34,049 nt of DNA from NCBI GenBank assembly GCA_019114015.1, contig DXGG01000071.1:1-34049 (forward strand). The letters run 5' to 3'. This document shows, one piece after another, positions 28,039-34,049 of this stretch (position 1 is the first letter of the stretch; each line of letters begins with the position of its first letter). This stretch comes from Candidatus Onthomorpha intestinigallinarum. Lineage in GTDB: Bacteria > Bacteroidota > Bacteroidia > Bacteroidales > P3. The position numbers and the translations under genes were made by a program. The notes under the pieces are model-generated. The model did not search any database. It was not told the DNA's origin and was given only the letters and a program-made list of their open reading frames with translations.

Positions 28039-29988
28039 CTAATGTTGCAAATACAAAAGAATGCTTTGATTCAGGTCTTCAAAATCCAAATTTCTGGAAA
28101 TAATGTTTCCATTTGAATCTACAAGTATGTTTTGTGGTATATGCTCCAATTCATAAAGCTTGACTATTACGCTGTTCCAACGTTTCAAATCGGAGACATT
28201 TGTCCATTTCAGTCCTTCTTCCTCAATCGCATTCGTCCATGCTGCTCTTGAATCATCCAAGGAAACGCCTATGATTTCGAAACCTTCATTCTTGTATTTG
28301 TTATATAACACTCTGAGTTCCTTGTTTCTAAGTCGGCTCGTATTATCCCACGAAGCCCAAAAATAAATAAGAGTACATTTATTCCGGGACACGAATTGGG
28401 ACAGACTGACCGGCTTTCCATTACTGTCATTCAAAACAAAGTCCTTGACCTTTTGGCCTATTTTTTCATTTTTGTCCAGTTCTTCAAGATGCTTTAACAA
28501 CATGTCATACTGGAAAGTAAGTTTCGCCTGACCGTCAAGCCGAAGCACTATCTCCCTTAACTCGTTAGTGTTCAGATATGGCGCAAGATAACTGCTTATT
28601 ATCAAAGGAGAATAAATGCTTTGGGGATTGTCTAATACGTAATTCATCAAACACTGCATCGGATTTTTCTTACGATTGCACATATCGGCTATCTGCAGGA
28701 ACTCATCATTGCTTTCCGAACCCGATATCCTCACATTGTTCAAATCCTTCACGTCTCCACTTATCTCAATATTTTCATTACCAAGGAAAAACGACAATTC
28801 CCCAAGACGTGAAGGCAATGTGATTATTCCGGTGCAAACCATGTCGACACTACCGGAGAATTCAAACAATCCGTTGACTATCTTGGTCGTCATCCTTTCC
28901 TTTTTACCGTCTTTCAACAGCAGTTCCAACGTCATTACACCTTCATCCAGTCCGGCAAAAGAGCCCTTGATGTCAAAGCCTCTTGAACCCGTAAGTTCCT
29001 TTAATAAATCCGACAGTTCGTTTGTCTTGAGATTGAATGCCAGAATACTGCCTTCATTGTCCATAAGAACATTGTACGGAATCGCCTTGACCATATATTG
29101 CTCGACAGCCTGACTTTCCCATTTCTTCAAGTCGGACAACTGCTCCCAACTCAATCCGTCCGCCTTTATTGCCCGTTTCCATTCGTTTCTGTCCTCATCC
29201 AAACTGACGCTTACTATATTGAAACCCTTGTTCTTGTACTTGTTGTAAACCGAAACCAAGGACATATTTTCCTCTCTCGATTCTTTGCTCCATGAAGCCC
29301 AAAAATGGAGCAATGTATATTTGTTTTCCCTTATACAATTGCCAAGTCTTATTTGTTTCCCGTCTGCATTCTTCATCACCAAATCAGGAGCTTTGCCTCC
29401 CGTTTTCAAATTCCGCATGGATTCCTCCCTCTGACGCAATTTTCTGTAATGATAAGTGTTCAACGCTTCCCCTTTCAATGTGTTCAATGTGCGGTTCAAT
29501 TCGTCGTAATCCCACCTGTGAGCAAGGTAAGTGGCTATTATGTCCGGACAAAATATATGTTCCGGATGATTTATCACCCAATTGTCCAAACGTGACAAAT
29601 GTACATCATAGTCTTCCTTCTTTTTTGGATAAACTGTCTCGTACCACTCGTCGGTAAGTTTGGAACCCTTTATGCGGTTCTTCTTTTCCTTGCCCGGAAA
29701 CAGGCTTACCTCCAACGTAGCTCCAGGTTCCAGATACAGCCTGTATGTTTTCTTGCCGTTCAATGTCAACAAGGCAGGAACCGCATCACGTATCTGTCCC
29801 CTGAAATAAAACCTGCCGTCTTCCTCTATTGAGGCGCTGTCGAGCTTTTCATTACCGTCTCTGAAGTATGTCCGAAGCGTTGCAACGCCTTTCGTACTGC
29901 CCTTTACCGAACCGTTGACAACGTAACCCTGTCCAAAAGACAGAACAGAGACAAACAACAAAAAAACAATAAAAATCGATTTTCTCAT
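28039..29988 (-). CDS. Tandem-duplicated DUF4369 plus thioredoxin-fold (TlpA/AhpC-TSA-like) protein, both CxxC sites lacking Cys
   Basis: 649 aa with a signal peptide ending SFG/QG. Two ~315-aa halves each carry a DUF4369-like beta region and a Trx-like domain. The active-site positions read FWASWSKES (29278-29301) and FWASWDNTS (28336-28350) instead of FWASWCxxC. Confidence 0.8.
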   Translation of the reverse strand: MRKSIFIVFLLFVSVLSFGQGYVVNGSVKGSTKGVATLRTYFRDGNEKLDSASIEEDGRFYFRGQIRDAVPALLTLNGKKTYRLYLEPGATLEVSLFPGKEKKNRIKGSKLTDEWYETVYPKKKEDYDVHLSRLDNWVINHPEHIFCPDIIATYLAHRWDYDELNRTLNTLKGEALNTYHYRKLRQREESMRNLKTGGKAPDLVMKNADGKQIRLGNCIRENKYTLLHFWASWSKESREENMSLVSVYNKYKNKGFNIVSVSLDEDRNEWKRAIKADGLSWEQLSDLKKWESQAVEQYMVKAIPYNVLMDNEGSILAFNLKTNELSDLLKELTGSRGFDIKGSFAGLDEGVMTLELLLKDGKKERMTTKIVNGLFEFSGSVDMVCTGIITLPSRLGELSFFLGNENIEISGDVKDLNNVRISGSESNDEFLQIADMCNRKKNPMQCLMNYVLDNPQSIYSPLIISSYLAPYLNTNELREIVLRLDGQAKLTFQYDMLLKHLEELDKNEKIGQKVKDFVLNDSNGKPVSLSQFVSRNKCTLIYFWASWDNTSRLRNKELRVLYNKYKNEGFEIIGVSLDDSRAAWTNAIEEEGLKWTNVSDLKRWNSVIVKLYELEHIPQNILVDSNGNIISRNLDFEDLNQSILLYLQH

Positions 29989-30003
29989 ATTCCAATACCA
30001 AAA

Positions 30004-30465
30004 TTAAAATTTAAGGGCTCTTTCCATTTCCCTCTTATTGTCTTTCAATTTGATGCTTTCCCTTTTGTCATAGGAATGTTTCCCCCTGCACAGACTTATT
30101 TCCAGTTTCGCAAAACCTCTCTGGTCTATGTACAACAATGTAGGTATGATTGTAAAGCCCTTTTCCTTGCTTTTATTTTCCAATTTTCTCAATTCGTTCT
30201 TTTTAAGCAGCAGTTTACGGGTTCTCTTAGCCTGATGATTGTAGTACGAACCGAACCTGTATTCGGATATGTGCATGTTGTAAACCCACAACTCTCCTTT
30301 ATCGAACATGCAATACGCATCCGTAAGATTGGCCTTGCCCTCTCTTATGGATTTTATCTCCGTTCCGCACAACACCAATCCCGCAGTAAAGGTCTGTATG
30401 AAAAAATATTCAAATCCCGCCCTTTTGTTCTTTATGTCTATCAAGTGTTTTTCTTCCCCCTGCAT
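30004..30465 (-). CDS. smpB: SsrA-binding protein (trans-translation)
   Basis: [40 protein letters not shown]..., with a basic C-terminal tail. The start was set at ATG 30465 (153 aa) rather than the track's 30492. Confidence 0.93.
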   Translation of the reverse strand: MQGEEKHLIDIKNKRAGFEYFFIQTFTAGLVLCGTEIKSIREGKANLTDAYCMFDKGELWVYNMHISEYRFGSYYNHQAKRTRKLLLKKNELRKLENKSKEKGFTIIPTLLYIDQRGFAKLEISLCRGKHSYDKRESIKLKDNKREMERALKF

Positions 30466-30624
30466 AGACTGCAAAAATACTAAAAAAAACATATTCCGAT
30501 ATTATCTTTCTCATATTTGTTGTCCCTTAAGGTCGGAACGGACGGTTCTGCATCAGGAACATTTTTCAAATATATTGTCAATCAAAACCTTGCAATGGAC
30601 GATTCCTTTTTTTTGTTTTCAAAA

Positions 30625-30655
30625 TTTGCAGGTAAGGAAAAAAGTAGTACTTTTG
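30625..30655 (+). promoter_or_regulatory. Candidate Bacteroidota promoter for tRNA-Lys (-33 TTTG / -7 TAnnTTTG)
   Basis: TTTG at 30625-30628 and TACTTTTG at 30648-30655, separated by 19 nt. The -7 box ends 18 nt upstream of the tRNA 5' end. Confidence 0.45.
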
Positions 30656-30673
30656 CACTCGCCAATTGCGGTT

Positions 30674-30746
30674 GACCAAGTAGCTCAGCCGGTAGAGCAC
30701 ATCCCTTTTAAGGATGGGGTCCTGGGTTCGAGTCCCAGCTTGGTCA
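30674..30746 (+). tRNA. tRNA-Lys (anticodon UUU)
   Basis: Hand-folded 73-nt cloverleaf. Acceptor GACCAAG/CTTGGTC; D arm GCTC-AGCCGGTA-GAGC; anticodon arm CATCC-CTTTTAA-GGATG with TTT at 30707-30709. Variable loop GGGTC; T arm CTGGG-TTCGAGT-CCCAG; discriminator A. CCA is not encoded. Confidence 0.93.
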
Positions 30747-30786
30747 CAAAAGCCGATTCAGATTAGAGTCGGCTTTTGTGTTTTTT
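30747..30786 (+). terminator. Intrinsic terminator after tRNA-Lys
   Basis: CAAAAGCCGA (30747-30756) and TCGGCTTTTG (30769-30778) form a perfect 10-bp stem with a 12-nt loop, followed by TGTTTTTT. Confidence 0.65.
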
Positions 30787-30835
30787 CCGACCCTTTTTAT
30801 TAACTTTGCAACCGTTTCATTTTTAATCCAAAGTC

Positions 30836-33151
30836 ATGAAAAAATCATTCGTTTTTTTTGTTCTGTTTTCTTTGTTAACGATATCGCAAACGCTGTTGGC
30901 ACAAAACGCACAAACGGACGTGATAAGTTACAACATAACCCTCGATGTCAATCATCTGCAAACAGGACGTCATATCGGTTTCACGGAACTTTGTTTTAAA
31001 ATTCTGGAATCAAATTCCAATTTGCTGGAATTTGATTTGAAAAATCAGGATCTTGATTCCGTCGTGTACAATTCCCAAAGCATTGATTTTTCATATCAAG
31101 ACGACAAGATTCTCATTGAAATGCCTCAGGGTGTTTCTTCGGAAGACACTCTTTCCTTCAGGTTTTATTACAGTGGAGGCAACAATATGGAACCCATGGG
31201 TTGGGGTGGAATGCATTACAGCGGCAGAATAATATATTCCATGGGCGTTGCATTCGAGGATTATCCCCATTCCTACGGCCGCAGCTGGTTTGTGTGCAAA
31301 GACGACTTTGCGGACAAGGCCTCTTTTGAATTTCACATAAGCGTTCCGAAAGATGTGACGGCGGTATGCGGCGGAGTGCTTGAAGGAGTAAGCCGTCACG
31401 AAGATTATGACACTTATCACTGGAAAATAGAACAACAGATATCCCCTTATCTGGCAAGCGTGACTATTGCCGATTTCGACACCATGGAACAAACCCTTCA
31501 GTCCGTAAACGGAGAAGTCCCTCTGCAGGTGCACTATTTTACTGCGGACAGTCTGAATGTAAGACGGTCTTTCGAAAATTTCCCTTTGGCCTTTGCGAAG
31601 CTTGAAGAATGTTTCGGACCTTTTCCGTTCAATCGTGCGGGATACTGCACCACACCTTTGGGAAGCATGGAGCATGTGGACAACATAAGCCTTATGGATT
31701 TATGTGCAAGAGACTTTTCGGTAAGCAACCAATCCGTCATAGTGCATGAGTTCGCACACAGCTGGTTCGGCAATCTCATGACATGCGCAACCTCATTCGA
31801 CATGTGGCTCAACGAAGGCTGGACGACATTCACCGAACGCATAAGCCTTGAAGCCATGTACGGGGAGGATTGTGCCAAGGAATATTTCCGTGCAAAAAAG
31901 AAAAAGGTATTGCAACAACTGCCTTTGCAGGAAGGTGTCTTTGCCTTGCACGGAGTTGACAGCACCAGAACATATTCATCAACCGTTTACGACAAGGGAG
32001 CCCTTGTAGCATTGTCGTTAAAGGCTTATATGGGCGACAGTATGTTTTATGAAAGCGTAAGGAAACTGCTGTCCGATTTTTCTTTTTCAAACATAGATTC
32101 CCACACCATGAGAGACAGTCTGAGCTCTTATTCAAACATAGATTTGGGAGAGTTCTTCGATTTTTACGTCTTTGATACCATAATTCATCATTTTGCATTG
32201 TCCGATGTGGAATTCGGAGAAAAAGAGGCATCTTTTGTGCTTGACATACGCACTTCGAGCGAAGATTCTGCGGACATTAGCAATGTACGCATTCCGGTCA
32301 CATTCATGGATTCCGCATACAATACGTACAAATGTCTTATCAAGGATGACGGAAGCAGGATGCCTCATCGTTTCGAACTGCCTTTCAATCCCGTTGCCGC
32401 CTTTCTTGATTCGGACGAAGAATTTCTGGATCTGACGACAGATTCCTACAAGATGATTACAAAGGACAGTCTTTACAAATACGAAGACTCTTATTTCAGG
32501 GCGGATGTCCATTCTTTGCAGGACAGTTGTCTTTTGAGAGTCACTCTGCATTGGCTCGGAAGCATGGAAAACGAAATGATGGAAGGTGTAACCCGTTTTT
32601 CAAGGAAACATTATTGGACTGTGGAAGGTGTGAATCTCGACCATGCCGAAATGGATGCCAAGTTCTATTTCGACATCTCAACACAGGCATCGGCCTTTGA
32701 CAATACGCTTTGCACTTCTTTTCTTTCCAAGGATTCACTTATGCTTTTTTACAGACCTGATGCCCGATTCGACTGGCAGTTGGTTGATTGCAGCATCCCT
32801 AATACTTCATCCGGATATGTTTCCGCAAGACTTGTTCCGGGAGATTACATAATGGCGGTCGGAGACAGGGAAAAAGTAGGTCTGGAATCCCGTGAGAACA
32901 AAACGGAACGACTGAAAATATATCCCAATCCGTCCAATGGAAGAATAAGAGTGGAACATCCCCTTTTGCATACCTTTTCCAAGGCGAAGATATACGATTT
33001 GAGCGGCAGGCTTGTGAGGACTGAGACGTTTCATTCTTCGGAAAATTGCGTTGATTTCCGCTTTGAGTTGCCTCCGTCGGCCTATACTATTGTTTTGGAA
33101 AGGGGAACGGATTCCATAAGTCAGTCTTTCGTCATAGGGAAAGATAAATAA
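30836..33151 (+). CDS. M1-family zinc metallopeptidase (aminopeptidase N-like) with T9SS type-A C-terminal sorting domain
   Basis: Signal peptide ending LLA/QN. GSMEH is a variant of the GAMEN exopeptidase motif. HEFAHSWFGN...WLNEGW forms HExxH-x18-E (31745-31816). The last 79 aa (32912-33148) begin LKIYPNPSNGRIRVE and include KIYDLSGRLV, matching the Por secretion tail. Confidence 0.9.
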   Translation: MKKSFVFFVLFSLLTISQTLLAQNAQTDVISYNITLDVNHLQTGRHIGFTELCFKILESNSNLLEFDLKNQDLDSVVYNSQSIDFSYQDDKILIEMPQGVSSEDTLSFRFYYSGGNNMEPMGWGGMHYSGRIIYSMGVAFEDYPHSYGRSWFVCKDDFADKASFEFHISVPKDVTAVCGGVLEGVSRHEDYDTYHWKIEQQISPYLASVTIADFDTMEQTLQSVNGEVPLQVHYFTADSLNVRRSFENFPLAFAKLEECFGPFPFNRAGYCTTPLGSMEHVDNISLMDLCARDFSVSNQSVIVHEFAHSWFGNLMTCATSFDMWLNEGWTTFTERISLEAMYGEDCAKEYFRAKKKKVLQQLPLQEGVFALHGVDSTRTYSSTVYDKGALVALSLKAYMGDSMFYESVRKLLSDFSFSNIDSHTMRDSLSSYSNIDLGEFFDFYVFDTIIHHFALSDVEFGEKEASFVLDIRTSSEDSADISNVRIPVTFMDSAYNTYKCLIKDDGSRMPHRFELPFNPVAAFLDSDEEFLDLTTDSYKMITKDSLYKYEDSYFRADVHSLQDSCLLRVTLHWLGSMENEMMEGVTRFSRKHYWTVEGVNLDHAEMDAKFYFDISTQASAFDNTLCTSFLSKDSLMLFYRPDARFDWQLVDCSIPNTSSGYVSARLVPGDYIMAVGDREKVGLESRENKTERLKIYPNPSNGRIRVEHPLLHTFSKAKIYDLSGRLVRTETFHSSENCVDFRFELPPSAYTIVLERGTDSISQSFVIGKDK
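31008..31037. repeat. Intragenic 12-bp inverted repeat built from the AATCAAATTCCA motif
   Basis: AATCAAATTCCA (31008-31019), ATTTGC, TGGAATTTGATT (31026-31037). The arms are exact reverse complements. It lies inside the M1 peptidase CDS, where it encodes ...ESNSNLLEFDL... Confidence 0.8.
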
Positions 33152-33202
33152 GATGTTCTGTTTACTTTTATGCTGTTTTCATTGTCTGTTGTCTGAAAGC
33201 GT

Positions 33203-33754
33203 ATGTTAAGTAAGAAAGAGGTAAACAGACTGGTGGCTTTATGCAAATCCAATGACAGAAAAGCGCAACACAGGATATATGATGCCTATAAGGACAGCAT
33301 GTTCTCCATCTGCAACAGGTACGCATCCTCTTCGGCACAGGCCGAAGACATGTTGGTGGAGGGTTTCCTGAGAGCGTTTTCCAATATTTCTTCTTACAAT
33401 TTCAGCGCCTCGTTTTATTCTTGGCTCAAAGTGGTTTTCGTACACAATTGCATAAACATGTGCAAAAGAGAACTAAAAGGTCGAACGGAAGAACTGACCT
33501 GCGACATGGCGGACATGGAACAGGATACGGATTTGCCGGAAAGATTCAGCGGGGAAGACCTGCTGCATTCCCTGCAAACGTTGCCGGAAAGGCAGAGACT
33601 GATATTCAATCTGTATGTAATGGAAGACTACAAATACACCGAGATAGCTGAATTGCTCGAAACAAGTGTCGATGTGGTTAAAACCACTGTTTACAGAGTG
33701 AGAATGAAACTGAAGGATTTTTTGTTGGAACTTGAACGGCAAAGGAGGAAATGA
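33203..33754 (+). CDS. ECF-type RNA polymerase sigma-70 factor
   Basis: 183 aa with a region-2-like segment (AEDMLVEGFLRAF...FYSWLKVVFVHNCIN). The region-4 HTH is LPERQRLIFNLYVMEDYKYTEIAELLETSVDVVKTTVYRVRMKL. Confidence 0.9.
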   Translation: MLSKKEVNRLVALCKSNDRKAQHRIYDAYKDSMFSICNRYASSSAQAEDMLVEGFLRAFSNISSYNFSASFYSWLKVVFVHNCINMCKRELKGRTEELTCDMADMEQDTDLPERFSGEDLLHSLQTLPERQRLIFNLYVMEDYKYTEIAELLETSVDVVKTTVYRVRMKLKDFLLELERQRRK

Positions 33755-33755
33755 A

Positions 33756-34049
33756 ATGAGAATAGATGATTTGTACAAAAAAGAGTTGTCCGATTTGAAG
33801 ACCAAGACGCCAAACGGTTTATGGAAAAAGTTGAATTCCCGTATGGACACCTGTATGCCTCAAACCGACATTCCTTCCTCCAATTTCATTCAATCGGTAT
33901 TCAATGCCGTCAAGTCCGCATCAATAACCACTAAAACCATATTTGCAATCGGCACGGTTGCGCTTGCTGGAACGGCGGCATACATGGCATTGGACAAAGA
34001 GGAACCTCTGCCTGCAACAATCGATACCTCGAAACAAGCTATTCAAAGG
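33756..34049 (+). CDS. Membrane-anchored protein downstream of ECF sigma (possible anti-sigma factor), 3'-truncated by window end
   Basis: The ATG lies 1 nt after the sigma stop. My translation is MRIDDLYKKELSDLKTKTPNGLWKKLNSRMD...TKTIFAIGTVALAGTAAYMAL..., open to the window edge with one predicted TM helix. It is absent from the ORF track because it has no stop in the window. The function is inferred from position only. Confidence 0.5.
   Translation, partial: MRIDDLYKKELSDLKTKTPNGLWKKLNSRMDTCMPQTDIPSSNFIQSVFNAVKSASITTKTIFAIGTVALAGTAAYMALDKEEPLPATIDTSKQAIQR

Noticed and set aside
30308-30766. 152-aa + strand ORF spanning the smpB 5' end, the intergenic region and the tRNA-Lys gene.
   Set aside because: It reads straight through a well-folded tRNA and a promoter region and overlaps smpB antisense. 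It is a spurious frame.
30674-30835. tRNA-Lys as an integration site for a genomic island or prophage.
   Set aside because: No integrase or recombinase gene is present, I saw no direct repeat of the tRNA 3' end downstream, and the flanking genes are ordinary chromosomal genes.

Overview
The window reads as core chromosome from a Bacteroidota (Bacteroidales-like) bacterium that has a type IX secretion system (T9SS). Supporting signs are the absence of Shine-Dalgarno sequences, TAnnTTTG-type -7 boxes, two proteins with T9SS C-terminal sorting domains, and signal peptides that all end in Gln. Left to right on the + strand: a thiamine biosynthesis operon (thiS fragment, two ThiE-family genes, thiG, thiC, thiH, thiF), then a GT4 and a GT2 glycosyltransferase. 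A WecA/MraY-family transferase and ftsE lie on the - strand. Next on + come guaA and a tightly coupled envelope cluster: a LysM/PBP1 protein, a 902-aa secreted protein with a degenerate T9SS tail, and a TPR-PD40-CarboxypepD_reg-OmpA (PorE-like) protein. A GT-C/TPR membrane glycosyltransferase and a flavodiiron protein follow. A long - strand run then holds smpB, a tandem Cys-less TlpA-like protein, a YitT protein, an orphan family-5 substrate-binding lipoprotein, an HD phosphohydrolase, an S9 peptidase and a DUF3127 protein. The window ends on + with tRNA-Lys(UUU), an M1 metallopeptidase carrying a T9SS tail, an ECF sigma factor and a truncated membrane-anchored partner. I saw no CRISPR array, transposase, integrase, reverse transcriptase or recognisable defence system. 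The points most worth follow-up are: (1) a modular family of short intergenic repeats and palindromes shared by at least four loci; (2) a DUF3127 protein with an SSB-like disordered tail ending DEDLPF; (3) a tandem thioredoxin-fold protein in which both CxxC sites have lost their cysteines; (4) the LysM / T9SS-cargo / PorE-like / GT-C-TPR envelope cluster. All functional calls rest on motif recognition by eye; no database search was run.
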